A stretch of 64,000 nucleotides of DNA from a virus (IMGVR_UViG_2700989005_000001:32001-96000); one strand, 5' to 3'. Shown: positions 45,552 to 55,190, numbered from the stretch's first letter. Translations and numbers: made by a program. The notes: a model not told the origin generated them from the sequence alone.

Positions 45552-46028
45552 ATGCCATATGAATCAGTTTTTAACGGTACGAATCGTTACAAAGTTCTAC
45601 GTGAAGGTCGTGAATACATCAACAAAGTTGCTCATCGACATGGTGCAGTAGACAAAGGTATTTACGTCACGATGGACTATCATGTGATTGATCGAATCAT
45701 GGATCACTCTTTCCCTGCACGTGTGTTTGAAATTATCGTAGGTCGATTGATTAAAAATCACCAAGATGAAATCTTAAAAATTGCTAACATGCCTGCAAGC
45801 GAAAGACCGAAGCATATCAACGTATACGGTAATAAGCCTGATTCACCGTACATGATTGGCATTACAATCAATAAAGCTCAGACAGGTAAAGTTTATGTAA
45901 ACTTGAGAACGTGTTATAAAGAACGTAACAGCAAATACCGTCAACGAATCATCGAAGCATACAAGATTCGAGTGAAATCATCTGAAGATCTTGAACAAGC
46001 TGAAAGTGAGGTTGATTCAGATCAATAA
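45552..46028 (+). CDS. regB: RegB-like site-specific endoribonuclease
   Basis: H..DR.....VFE....IK.H..E....MP...RP....IG.T..K aligns by eye to T4 RegB (HLLDR...IKDH..E...MP...RP...LGFTVCK). Confidence 0.6.
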   Translation: MPYESVFNGTNRYKVLREGREYINKVAHRHGAVDKGIYVTMDYHVIDRIMDHSFPARVFEIIVGRLIKNHQDEILKIANMPASERPKHINVYGNKPDSPYMIGITINKAQTGKVYVNLRTCYKERNSKYRQRIIEAYKIRVKSSEDLEQAESEVDSDQ

Positions 46029-46060
46029 ATAGAAAACAATTAACAAACGAGGGAATTTTG

Positions 46061-48286
46061 ATGCTTGTAGTGAAGTCTTCTGGCATTACAGAAGAATTTG
46101 AAGAAAGTAAATTGATGCGTGTTTTATCAGATGCATGTGAAAACACCAAAATAAATCCACATCAATTACTTGACCGCGTTATAGCTCAACTTAGCGACGG
46201 TATGACGAGCAAAGACATTCAAAAGGCAGCGATTAAGATCGCTGCCGATAGCATTTCAGTAGACGAGCCAGACTATCAATATGTCGCGGCTCGTCTTGCT
46301 ATGTATGGTCTTCGCAAAGATGTATATGGTCAGTTCGACCCTATCCCATTCAAACAATTAATCGAACGAAACACTGCGATTGAAGTTTACGACTCTGAGA
46401 TTCTTCAGAAATGGTCAGATGATGAACTTGAATATCTAGAATCGCAAGTGAAACACGAGCGCGACTTTGAATTTGCATACGCTGGCGTAATGCAGTTGAA
46501 AGAAAAGTACCTATGTAAAAACCGCGGTACTGGCGCAATCTATGAAACACCTCAGTATGCTTACATGCTCATTGCAATGTGTCTTCATCAAGAAGAGAAA
46601 TATGACCGCATTAAGCACGTCGTTGACTTCTACAATGCAGTTTCGACTCACAAACTTTCATTACCGACACCGATTATGGCAGGCGTTCGTACCCCGACAC
46701 GCCAGTTTAGTTCGTGTGTTAAGATTGAATCAGGCGACTCTTTGCATTCAATCAATGAAGTGGCTAAATCAATTGTAAGTTACATTAGTAAGCGTGCAGG
46801 TATCGGTGTTAACGGCGGTGCGATTCGTGCTGAAGGGGCAGTCGTTCGTTCAGGTGAGATTCGTCACACTGGTGTAATTCCATTCTGGAAACACTTTCAA
46901 ACTGCGGTTAAATCGTGTTCTCAAGGTGGTGTACGTGGGGGTGCTGCGACTCTAACTTACCCGATTTGGCACTTAGAAGTTGAAAAACTGTTAGTTCTGA
47001 AGAACAACAAAGGTGTTGAAGAAAACCGTATTCGTCATCTTGACTACAGTGTATCAATCAGTCGATTGATGCTTGAGCGTCTTGTGAATAACGATTACAT
47101 CACGCTATTCAGTCCTGACGAACGTCATGGTGCTCTATATGGTGAATATCACACAAACCCAGAGCAATTCGAAAAACTTTACCTAGAACTTGAAGCTGAC
47201 CCGAATGTGCGTAAAAAGCGCATCAAAGCAACTGAGCTATTCAGTATGTTTGGTCAAGAGCGTAACGGCACTGGTCGTATCTACCCGATCTTTGTTGATA
47301 ACTTGAATGCTCAATCACCGTACATCGAAGCAATCAAGCAATCAAACTTGTGTATGGAAATCGCTCTTCCTACGTACCCGTTAGGTTCAGCAGATGAAGA
47401 GATTGCACTGTGTACGCTTGCTGCATACAACTTAGGTGCTATCGAATCGCCTAGTGAGTTTGCTCATCTTGCACCGATCATCATTCGTGCGCTTGATAAT
47501 CTACTAGATTACCAAGATTACCCTGTGAAAGCAGCGGAAAAGGCGAAATATCGTCGTGCTCTAGGTGTTGGTATAACTAACTTTGCTTATTTCTTAGCGA
47601 AGAACTTTGTTGGTTACGATGATTCAGCTAAGTATCTCGTGCATGAGTGGATGGAAGCAATGTCTTACTACAACATTCAAGCATCGATGATGTTAGCGAA
47701 AGAACGAGGGCCGAACAAGTGGCATCGTAAGACTCGATGGGCTCAAGGTAAATTACCGATTGACTGGTACAATAAAAATGTTGATAAGCTTGTCAAGCCG
47801 AATTATAATTTAGATTGGGAAGCACTTCGCGCTGACGTAATTCGTTACGGTATGCGAAATGACACCACTTCAGCTTTCATGCCTTGTGAAAGTAGCTCTC
47901 AGATTAGCAACAGCACAAACGGCATTGAACCGCCGCGTGCTCTAGTCTCGACTAAGCAATCAAAAGACGGTGTATTCAACCAAGTTGTACCTGAAGTTGA
48001 TTTACTGAAAGATGAATACGGTCTAGCATGGAAAGCATGTGGTAAAGACAACTTCGGTTATTTGACTCTTGTAGCAATCATGCAGAAGTTTGTAGACCAG
48101 AGTATTTCAGCGAATGAATACTACGACCCGTCCCAAGTTGCTAACGGTAAGATCGCAATGGAACGAATCTTCGAAGAGCTTGCGTTCTGTAGTCACTACG
48201 GTATCAAAACGCTTTATTATTCTAACACTCGCGACGGTGCTGACGGCAACGAAGGCGATGAAGACTGTGATGGTTGTAAAGTTTAA
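46061..48286 (+). CDS. nrdA: class Ia ribonucleotide reductase alpha subunit
   Basis: ATP cone, TPIMAGVRTPTRQFSSC, CSQGGVRGG, SNLCMEI, TLYY, CDGCKV. Confidence 0.98.
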   Translation: MLVVKSSGITEEFEESKLMRVLSDACENTKINPHQLLDRVIAQLSDGMTSKDIQKAAIKIAADSISVDEPDYQYVAARLAMYGLRKDVYGQFDPIPFKQLIERNTAIEVYDSEILQKWSDDELEYLESQVKHERDFEFAYAGVMQLKEKYLCKNRGTGAIYETPQYAYMLIAMCLHQEEKYDRIKHVVDFYNAVSTHKLSLPTPIMAGVRTPTRQFSSCVKIESGDSLHSINEVAKSIVSYISKRAGIGVNGGAIRAEGAVVRSGEIRHTGVIPFWKHFQTAVKSCSQGGVRGGAATLTYPIWHLEVEKLLVLKNNKGVEENRIRHLDYSVSISRLMLERLVNNDYITLFSPDERHGALYGEYHTNPEQFEKLYLELEADPNVRKKRIKATELFSMFGQERNGTGRIYPIFVDNLNAQSPYIEAIKQSNLCMEIALPTYPLGSADEEIALCTLAAYNLGAIESPSEFAHLAPIIIRALDNLLDYQDYPVKAAEKAKYRRALGVGITNFAYFLAKNFVGYDDSAKYLVHEWMEAMSYYNIQASMMLAKERGPNKWHRKTRWAQGKLPIDWYNKNVDKLVKPNYNLDWEALRADVIRYGMRNDTTSAFMPCESSSQISNSTNGIEPPRALVSTKQSKDGVFNQVVPEVDLLKDEYGLAWKACGKDNFGYLTLVAIMQKFVDQSISANEYYDPSQVANGKIAMERIFEELAFCSHYGIKTLYYSNTRDGADGNEGDEDCDGCKV

Positions 48287-48295
48287 AGGTAGATA

Positions 48296-49420
48296 ATGTC
48301 TAAAACGATTTTTAATAAAAACCAGGTTGCTCATCTTGAGCAACCTCTTTTCTTGGGCGATGACCCGAATATTTCTCGTTTCGAAACTGTAAAACATGCA
48401 GTATTCGATCAACTCACTGAAAAACAACTTAGTTTCTTTTGGCGACCAGAAGAAGTTGACTTGACTCGTGACTCACAAGATTTTGACCGTATGCCCGAGC
48501 ATTGGAAGTTTGTCTTCACTCAAAATCTAAAATATCAATCTCTGCTTGACTCAGTTCAAGGTCGCGCACCTAATATCGCATTCTTGCCTATCTGTAGCGA
48601 CAATGCTTTTGAAAACTGGGTAACGACATGGGATTTCAGTGAAACGATTCATAGTCGCTCTTACACGCATATTATGCGTAACTTGTATGCAAACCCAAGC
48701 GCGGTGTTTGACGAGATTGTTCTCGACGAATCTATCATGGCTCGTGCTAGTGCAGTTACAGAGCATTATGATAAACTCATCGCTGAAACGCAGAAATTGC
48801 AACAGCTCAAAGCAATGAATTGTACTTCGTACATCTTGAGTATTCAAGAAACCGCAGTAAAAGAAGCACTATATCTGTGTATGCACGCAGTAAACGCACT
48901 TGAAGCAATTCGTTTCTATGTATCATTCGCATGTACTTTCAACTTTGCAGAGCAAGGTATCATGGAAGGCAACGCGAAAGTGATGAAACTCATTGCTCGT
49001 GATGAACAACTTCACTTGAAAGGTACACAAGCATTACTCAACATCTGGCATGCAGGTAAAGATGACCCTGAAATGCTTGAGATTGCTCGTCGTCTTCAAC
49101 CTGAAGCTGAAAAAATCTTCATGCAAGTTGTTGAGCAAGAGAAAGAATGGGCACATTCTTTGTTCTCTAAAGGCACAGTTCCTGGTCTAAATGCTCAGAT
49201 TCTATGTGAATACGTTGAATATCTTGCTGACAGTCGTATGCGTTCAGTTGGTTTAAACAGCCCATACCCTCGCCGTAAGCACCCATTACCGTGGATTCGC
49301 AAATGGCTAAATAGTGATTCAGTACAAGTAGCAGCACAAGAAGCTGAACTGAGTTCGTATCTTGTTGGTCAGATTGATTCAACTGTACGCGCTGAATTCC
49401 TGAAAACGTTAGAGGTGTAA
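48296..49420 (+). CDS. nrdB: class Ia ribonucleotide reductase beta subunit
   Basis: FFWRPEEV, DSVQGR, ETIHSRSY, EAIRFY, RDEQLH. Confidence 0.98.
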   Translation: MSKTIFNKNQVAHLEQPLFLGDDPNISRFETVKHAVFDQLTEKQLSFFWRPEEVDLTRDSQDFDRMPEHWKFVFTQNLKYQSLLDSVQGRAPNIAFLPICSDNAFENWVTTWDFSETIHSRSYTHIMRNLYANPSAVFDEIVLDESIMARASAVTEHYDKLIAETQKLQQLKAMNCTSYILSIQETAVKEALYLCMHAVNALEAIRFYVSFACTFNFAEQGIMEGNAKVMKLIARDEQLHLKGTQALLNIWHAGKDDPEMLEIARRLQPEAEKIFMQVVEQEKEWAHSLFSKGTVPGLNAQILCEYVEYLADSRMRSVGLNSPYPRRKHPLPWIRKWLNSDSVQVAAQEAELSSYLVGQIDSTVRAEFLKTLEV

Positions 49421-49421
49421 A

Positions 49422-49721
49422 TTGTTAGAAATATTTGGTTGGGACGAAAGCGATTTTCGCTGCGTTCCTTGCTTGAAAGCAAAACGACTAGCTGAAACAC
49501 GTGGTTTGATTTTCGATTTCATTCCGCTTGCAAAAGAAAAGGTTACAGACGCACATAAACATAACCGTGAAGAACTTGAAAGACGAATGCACGAACTTGG
49601 TCAAGAGTTAAAGACTCTACCTCAAGTGTTCTTTGATGGTGTTCATGTTGGTGGGTTTGATGACTTCAAGGCAAAAATTCATGCACTTGAAGAAGCGCGA
49701 TGGGAAGCGCGTGCAAAATAA
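49422..49721 (+). CDS. nrdC: glutaredoxin
   Basis: CVPC, TLPQVF.DG.HVGGFDD; follows nrdB. Confidence 0.9.
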   Translation: MLEIFGWDESDFRCVPCLKAKRLAETRGLIFDFIPLAKEKVTDAHKHNREELERRMHELGQELKTLPQVFFDGVHVGGFDDFKAKIHALEEARWEARAK

Positions 49722-49728
49722 TTAAAAA

Positions 49729-49765
49729 AAAGGGTTGACAGATGTCAGCCCTTTTTTGTATCATT
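49729..49765 (+). promoter_or_regulatory. promoter/terminator stem-loop (PeSL-like)
   Basis: GGGTTGACA-GA-TGTCAGCCC-TTTTTT-GTATCAT, same stem as at 30286. Confidence 0.75.
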
Positions 49766-49794
49766 CGTGTGCTAAATCGACAAAGAGATCAAAT

Positions 49795-50367
49795 ATGAAG
49801 AAGTTATTTACGCTGCTTTTAGCAGTGTGTGCATTTAATGCAACTGCAAGCAATCAGTGTCACGTGAAATTTAAAGGTCAAGAACTGTCTGAAAAGCAAT
49901 GGCATAATGTACGTGCAGTGTTTGTGAACGGTTGGTTTAATGATTTGAGCTGGTCTCTAGCAGCAATCGCAATTGTCGAATCAAGTGCGGGTGAGCAGAT
50001 GATAAACCATAGAACGAAAGACTATGGTTTGATGCAAAACAACATCAAAACCGCAACAACGCGCTTGAAGCGATGGGAGAAAGCAGGTCGAGATTTCGGT
50101 CCGTATGACCTCAATAACCCTGAAGACGTGAAAACGATATTGCTTACTGATCGTACTGTATCAGTGCAGCTTGCAATAGAAGAGCTTGAATATTGGAAAA
50201 AGATTCGAGGTCATCACAATTGGCGTGAAGTGTATGCAAGCTACAACGGTGGTTTCTACAAAGGTAAACGTTGGGAACCTCGTGCTGAGAAGTATGCAAG
50301 TAAGATAATCAACACAATGCGCAAGTTAAAAGCTTGCAAACCACAATTAATGAGAGGTCTATACTAA
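49795..50367 (+). CDS. secreted lytic transglycosylase (SLT family)
   Basis: Signal peptide; AIAIVESS, YGLMQ, ASYNGG. Confidence 0.85.
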   Translation: MKKLFTLLLAVCAFNATASNQCHVKFKGQELSEKQWHNVRAVFVNGWFNDLSWSLAAIAIVESSAGEQMINHRTKDYGLMQNNIKTATTRLKRWEKAGRDFGPYDLNNPEDVKTILLTDRTVSVQLAIEELEYWKKIRGHHNWREVYASYNGGFYKGKRWEPRAEKYASKIINTMRKLKACKPQLMRGLY

Positions 50368-50552
50368 TGAACATGATTATATTTCTGGCAGCAGTTCTAT
50401 TTTTTGTACTGCAAAACCCATGGCTGAAGAAAATCTTTTGTATGTTTGGTTGGCATACGTGGGAATACAAGAAAGGTAGCAAGCGAGCGTGTACACATTG
50501 CAACAAGCGCCAAAGTTTAATTCGCGTCGGTAATGACACTGATTGGAAATAA
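50367..50552 (+). CDS. small membrane-anchored Zn-binding protein (DUF1660-like)
   Basis: TM then FC.FG.H.W...CTHC. Confidence 0.65.
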   Translation: MNMIIFLAAVLFFVLQNPWLKKIFCMFGWHTWEYKKGSKRACTHCNKRQSLIRVGNDTDWK

Positions 50553-50654
50553 ATTTAAAAAAAAATGCAAAAAGTGGTTGCGTTGGTCTCAAAAATCATT
50601 AATATAGACGGTGTTGAAGAGAACAACGCAACTAACTAAAAGAGAGAACATTAT

Positions 50655-51659
50655 ATGCAAGCTATCATCACAAACGGTCTTTTTCGTAAAACTGAAATCA
50701 ACGGCACTTACACTCTTATCGAACGAGTTTGGAATAGTTCAGATGCCGGTGAGAAAAACGGTCGTATGAAGATTATGCTTGATGGTGCAGTACGTACTAT
50801 TCGCGTAAACAAAGAAGACGTACAGTACGTAGACGAAGCTGACGCATCACAAACAGCAGTACCTGCACTTGCACCAGTCGTTGAAGCTGAAACTGAAGAA
50901 CAAATTGCAGAGCGTATCACTGAAGCGTTCGAAGCGATGGACATCTTTACTGTCGGTGCAATCGCTGGTCACGTTAAATCGCTACTTATCTCAGGTGCAG
51001 CGGGTGTTGGTAAGACGTTCACACTTGAACGCGAGTTAAATCAAGCTCAAGAACGCGGTGATATCACATTCAAGAAAGTTGCAGGTACATGTTCTGGTAT
51101 CGGTCTGTTCACAAAACTATGGGAATGCCGTCACCCTGATTCAGTTCTTCTTCTAGATGACGTAGACGTTTTCAAAGATGAAGATCAAATGAACGTTCTA
51201 AAAGCAGCACTAGACACTGGTGAAGAGCGTTGGGTTTCATGGGCGAAAGCAAGTTCTTACTTAGAAGAGCAAGGCATCGAACAAGAATTCTTGTTTGAAG
51301 GTACAGTAATCTTTATCTCAAACAAAGACTTTGACCGTGAACTTGAAGCGAATACTAAACTTTCACCGCACTTCAGCGCACTGATTTCACGTAGCATCTA
51401 CCTTGACTTAGGTGTACATACAAAAGAAGAAATCATGGTTCGCATCAAGCAAGTTGTAGCAGCAACTACAATGCTAGAAGATCTAGGTCTAAACGCAGCA
51501 CAAATCGCTGACATGATAGCTTGGATTGAGAAACACATGCTTGAACTACGTGCTCTATCGCTTCGTACATGTTTACACATTGCTGATATGATGCTAACAT
51601 CACCGACTAAATGGGAAATGCTTGCTAAGATGACTATGCTATCTAAGAAGCGTAAATAA
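50655..51659 (+). CDS. AAA-type P-loop ATPase
   Basis: GAAGVGKT, LLLDDVD, LKAALD, FISN, A..SRS. Confidence 0.85.
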   Translation: MQAIITNGLFRKTEINGTYTLIERVWNSSDAGEKNGRMKIMLDGAVRTIRVNKEDVQYVDEADASQTAVPALAPVVEAETEEQIAERITEAFEAMDIFTVGAIAGHVKSLLISGAAGVGKTFTLERELNQAQERGDITFKKVAGTCSGIGLFTKLWECRHPDSVLLLDDVDVFKDEDQMNVLKAALDTGEERWVSWAKASSYLEEQGIEQEFLFEGTVIFISNKDFDRELEANTKLSPHFSALISRSIYLDLGVHTKEEIMVRIKQVVAATTMLEDLGLNAAQIADMIAWIEKHMLELRALSLRTCLHIADMMLTSPTKWEMLAKMTMLSKKRK

Positions 51660-51668
51660 ACTCTTTGA

Positions 51669-51690
51669 GGGGCTGTAAAGCCCCGTTTTT
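51669..51690 (+). terminator. rho-independent terminator
   Basis: GGGGCT-GTAA-AGCCCC-GTTTTT. Confidence 0.7.
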
Positions 51691-51704
51691 CATACGAGGG
51701 AAAA

Positions 51705-52991
51705 ATGCAACGTACATTATCAAGTATTACAAATGATGAAGCGTTAGAATACGCAATGTATACAATCGAGAATCGAGCACTGGCTAATGGGATTGATGGT
51801 CTCAAGCCAGTGCATCGTTTTGTATTGTATAACGTCATCAAAGACGCTAGTACGTCTTTTGACAAGGTCGCAGCGTTGGGAAGCTCAGTATCAAAGATTG
51901 GTTACAATCACGGCGAGACAGCAGCACAAGACGCTCTAGCGCGTATGGCAGCAGAGTGGACAAACAACGTACCGATTGTACAAGGGCGCGGTAACTTTGG
52001 TTCTCGCATGGTTAAAGTGTCTGCGTCTGCTCGTTACGTTTATGCAAAGCTACATGAAAACTTTGACAAATATTTCAAAGATATTCATCTATCACCTGAA
52101 CATAAAGACGTTGAGCATGTACCACCTCAGTTCTATGTGCCTGTTGTCCCGATGGTTCTACTGAATGGTATTGAGGGTATTGCAACTGGTTTTGCGTGTA
52201 ACATTCTACCGCATGACCCAGAATGGGTTAAGAAAGCAGTTGTTGAATATCTTTCGGGTAAAGAGATTAGCGAACCCGTTCTGAAGTTCCCTGAATTTCA
52301 CGGCAAGATCGTTAAACTCGAACACAACAAATACGCTCAGATCGGCAACTTTGAAGTTAGCGGTTTGACGGTAGTTGTTACTGAAATCCCGACTGGTTTC
52401 GACCACACGAAATATATCAAAGAACTTGACAAGCTCGTAGAACAAGGTAAAATCAGTAGCTACGTTGATGAAACAGGTGAAACATTTCAGTTTCGTGTTC
52501 GATTCAAGCGCGGTGCAAAAATGACCGAAGACTTCGTAATCAAAACTCTGAAACTGCAAAGTACATTTACACAGAACATCAACGTCATCGACGAGAATTA
52601 TCAGATTCGTCATTTTGACGACGCACGAGAACTTGTGAAGTGGTTCGTTGACTTTCGTCTATCATTCTTACCTAAACGAATTAAAGACTCTTCAGAGCGC
52701 ACAGAGAAGCGTTCATCACTAGCGATTGCTAAAGTTGAGTTCATCAAGCGTGTTGTGTCTGGTAAAATTGTTCTATTCGGTAAGAAGCGTGCTGAAGTAG
52801 CAGCAGAGCTTAAAGCAGAAGACGCATTTAAAGATCATGTCAACGATCTTCTAAATATGTCGGTTGATAAAATGACCGACGACGAGATTGCACGTCTTGA
52901 AAAAGATGCAGCAGCAGCACAAAAAGAACTCTTATATTGGAAGAAAACAACTCCACATAAAGAGTTTATCAAAGACTTAAAGGCAATATAA
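51705..52991 (+). CDS. 52: DNA topoisomerase II medium subunit (gp52)
   Basis: RAL...DGLKPVHR, YNHGE, GNFGSR, ASARY, LLNG.EGIATGF. Confidence 0.96.
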   Translation: MQRTLSSITNDEALEYAMYTIENRALANGIDGLKPVHRFVLYNVIKDASTSFDKVAALGSSVSKIGYNHGETAAQDALARMAAEWTNNVPIVQGRGNFGSRMVKVSASARYVYAKLHENFDKYFKDIHLSPEHKDVEHVPPQFYVPVVPMVLLNGIEGIATGFACNILPHDPEWVKKAVVEYLSGKEISEPVLKFPEFHGKIVKLEHNKYAQIGNFEVSGLTVVVTEIPTGFDHTKYIKELDKLVEQGKISSYVDETGETFQFRVRFKRGAKMTEDFVIKTLKLQSTFTQNINVIDENYQIRHFDDARELVKWFVDFRLSFLPKRIKDSSERTEKRSSLAIAKVEFIKRVVSGKIVLFGKKRAEVAAELKAEDAFKDHVNDLLNMSVDKMTDDEIARLEKDAAAAQKELLYWKKTTPHKEFIKDLKAI

Positions 52992-53233
52992 TGAACATTA
53001 TAGTCGAAAACGGCAACATTCAGCCGAACGACCAAGCGACATTATTTGCGGACGAAGAAGTTGTGAGAGTGCCTAGCACTTTCACACTTACTGACTTAGT
53101 TTGTCATCTTGGTCTATACAAATCAAAATCACAAGCCAGACAAGCGAAACGTGTTGGTGAAATCCCTCACGGTTACAATGAATTCAAAGGCAATAAGAAA
53201 ACGCCTTTGTACGTCTGGAACCCAACAGAGTAA
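52991..53233 (+). CDS. small S4-like RNA-binding protein
   Basis: LTDLV..LGL.KSKSQARQ resembles TyrRS C-terminal S4 domain. Confidence 0.55.
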   Translation: MNIIVENGNIQPNDQATLFADEEVVRVPSTFTLTDLVCHLGLYKSKSQARQAKRVGEIPHGYNEFKGNKKTPLYVWNPTE

Positions 53234-53241
53234 GGTAATAT

Positions 53242-54126
53242 ATGCAGGTACGATGGACAGAAATGTTTTACAGCGTTCAAGGTGAAGGCAAATACACTGG
53301 TCAAGCTAGTTTATTCTTTCGCTTCTGGGGTTGTAATTTAGAATGTCACGGCTTCGGTCAAGAAGACCCGACGAACAAAGACACATGGGTTTTAGATTTC
53401 AAAGATTACGACCCGAAAGCAAACAACGTGACTTCAGTTGAAGATCTACCTGTATGGACTCGTGGTTGTGACTCTTCATACACGTGGGCTAAAAAGTATG
53501 CTCATCTTGCTTCTAAGTCTGAAGTACCAGACGTTTGCGAAGCAATGCTTGACAAACTGCCTAATCGAGAATGGGGAGAAATTCATTGGGTAATTACGGG
53601 CGGTGAGCCTATGATGAACCAATCACAGATCATCGAAATGATGAATTACTTCATCGAAATCGACAATTACCCAAAACATATCACGATTGAAACAAACGGT
53701 ACGCGAGATCTCAAGCCCGAATTTTCAGAACGTTGGGCATTGATTCAATGGAAAGCTCGTTCTGAGAAACCACAGTTGAGCTTCAGTGTATCGTTTAAGT
53801 TATTCAACGTAACAGGTGAAGTTGCAGAAAAAGCAATTAAGCCTAAAGTTGTTAACAAATATGCACGCATCGCAGACGTTTGGTTGAAACCAGTTGTCGT
53901 AGACAAGGAAGCGTGTTGGGACGAGCTTGATACAACAATTGCGTTGTATAAAGTAGAAAACAACTTACACAATGTTCCAGTGTATATCATGCCATGTGGT
54001 GCTACTCAAGAAGAGCAAGAGCAAGATGGTTATATGGCTTCAATTGCAGGGAAAGCATTGGAGCGTGGTTACAACGTTTCTGTTCGTGTACACGTATGGA
54101 TTTGGGGTAACGCGGTGGGCACATAA
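53242..54126 (+). CDS. queE: 7-carboxy-7-deazaguanine synthase (radical SAM)
   Basis: E.F.SVQGEG..TG....F.R..GCNL.C...CDS, ITGGEP, IETNGT, S.R.H..IWG. Confidence 0.88.
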   Translation: MQVRWTEMFYSVQGEGKYTGQASLFFRFWGCNLECHGFGQEDPTNKDTWVLDFKDYDPKANNVTSVEDLPVWTRGCDSSYTWAKKYAHLASKSEVPDVCEAMLDKLPNREWGEIHWVITGGEPMMNQSQIIEMMNYFIEIDNYPKHITIETNGTRDLKPEFSERWALIQWKARSEKPQLSFSVSFKLFNVTGEVAEKAIKPKVVNKYARIADVWLKPVVVDKEACWDELDTTIALYKVENNLHNVPVYIMPCGATQEEQEQDGYMASIAGKALERGYNVSVRVHVWIWGNAVGT

Positions 54127-54137
54127 GTGCCCTTTTT
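54117..54137 (+). terminator. rho-independent terminator
   Basis: GGGCAC-ATAA-GTGCCC-TTTTT. Confidence 0.7.
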
Positions 54138-54163
54138 ATTCCCCTTTAAAGTGAGAAATTAAT

Positions 54164-54418
54164 ATGATTCTTTTTGGTCACGTAGTTGGTACTATCGGTA
54201 TGATTCTAATCTGTCTGGCATTCTGGATGGTGACGAGTGAGAAATATAAGCCTACTGATAATAAGTACTTGTGGACTAATATGTCGGGTGCTATACTACT
54301 TACGATTAGTTTACTAATCAACTTCAACCTAGGTAGCTTCATGATTGAGCTATTCTGGATTTACATCAGTGGTACCGCACTGTATAAGAACTACAAAAAG
54401 ACGAAAACAGCTAAATAG
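54164..54418 (+). CDS. CBU_0592-like small membrane protein
   Basis: G.IG..LI..A...Y...N..GAILL..SL...FNL.SF.IE.FW..IS. Confidence 0.75.
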   Translation: MILFGHVVGTIGMILICLAFWMVTSEKYKPTDNKYLWTNMSGAILLTISLLINFNLGSFMIELFWIYISGTALYKNYKKTKTAK

Positions 54419-54483
54419 TAGTTGATAAAAATGTCGATTCGTGTATAATTAATTGCGAATCGACATATAAAATGGAGAATCTA

Positions 54484-54639
54484 ATGTCTAAAAATAAAGA
54501 GAACAACAAACCTCAAAACTTTGTTGCGAAGCACATGAACACTTTCAATCACGCTTCTGTTGAAGAAGATCGAAAGAAAAAATCGAAACGTTTGACTAAG
54601 CGCAAGATGAAACATAAAGGGAAAGCCTATGATGAATAA
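54484..54639 (+). CDS. small basic protein (51 aa)
   Basis: Translated by hand: NFVAKH...N...DRKK...KHKG; GGAG RBS, promoter upstream. Confidence 0.7.
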   Translation: MSKNKENNKPQNFVAKHMNTFNHASVEEDRKKKSKRLTKRKMKHKGKAYDE

Positions 54640-54928
54640 TGTTTTAGCTGGTATACCCATGCCACCCCAAAAGCCCAAGTTCATACCCGAGTCCGACGAT
54701 CATCAATTCTTTCATGATTGTGAAGGGTTCGATTGGTATCATGAATTCAGTGATTCTCACTCGAAGTGGGAACAGGGACGAAAGAATTTGCGAATATTGA
54801 AATCTAGAATTTGCAATGAACGTCGTAATGAAATCTTTGATGCGTGGTGTAAGTACATGTTCAGTGGACCGAATTTCGGTACTGAGCAACTACCTCGACC
54901 AACTTGGGATGACTTTAAAGATGCATAA
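54629..54928 (+). CDS. hypothetical protein
   Basis: DWY.EFSD....W..G. Confidence 0.75.
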   Translation: MMNNVLAGIPMPPQKPKFIPESDDHQFFHDCEGFDWYHEFSDSHSKWEQGRKNLRILKSRICNERRNEIFDAWCKYMFSGPNFGTEQLPRPTWDDFKDA

Positions 54929-55190
54929 AGATGTGCTCGGCAACGTTATTGAAATGAAAGATATTGTGTTTCGTCTTTCAAAAGAACGATTGTGCGTCGA
55001 GCCATGCATAGTCACGGGTTTTACGCAGTACAAAGTGCTGTTAAATGATGGTCTACAATGCGACCCAAATCGCGTCGTTGTTGTGACTGAACAGATTCAA
55101 AATAACGGTATCGACTTGTGGTCAAACACGCTCGAATACAAATATCGTGAATACATTATCAAAGGCTATAAACGCCTACAACAGAAGTGA
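54921..55190 (+). CDS. hypothetical protein
   Basis: KD.LG..I...D.V...V.GFT. Confidence 0.7.
   Translation: MHKDVLGNVIEMKDIVFRLSKERLCVEPCIVTGFTQYKVLLNDGLQCDPNRVVVVTEQIQNNGIDLWSNTLEYKYREYIIKGYKRLQQK

Noticed and set aside
46061-49420. Introns or inteins in nrdA/nrdB
   Set aside because: Both ORFs are continuous and of ordinary length with no intein motifs.
401-49794. ORF-track starts at TTG inside promoter cassettes (401, 5117, 30293, 49735) and similar extensions (20598, 26652, 34160)
   Set aside because: These translate the promoter and leader; real starts are the downstream ATGs after the SD. The shared MT.VSPF peptide is an artefact of the repeated cassette.
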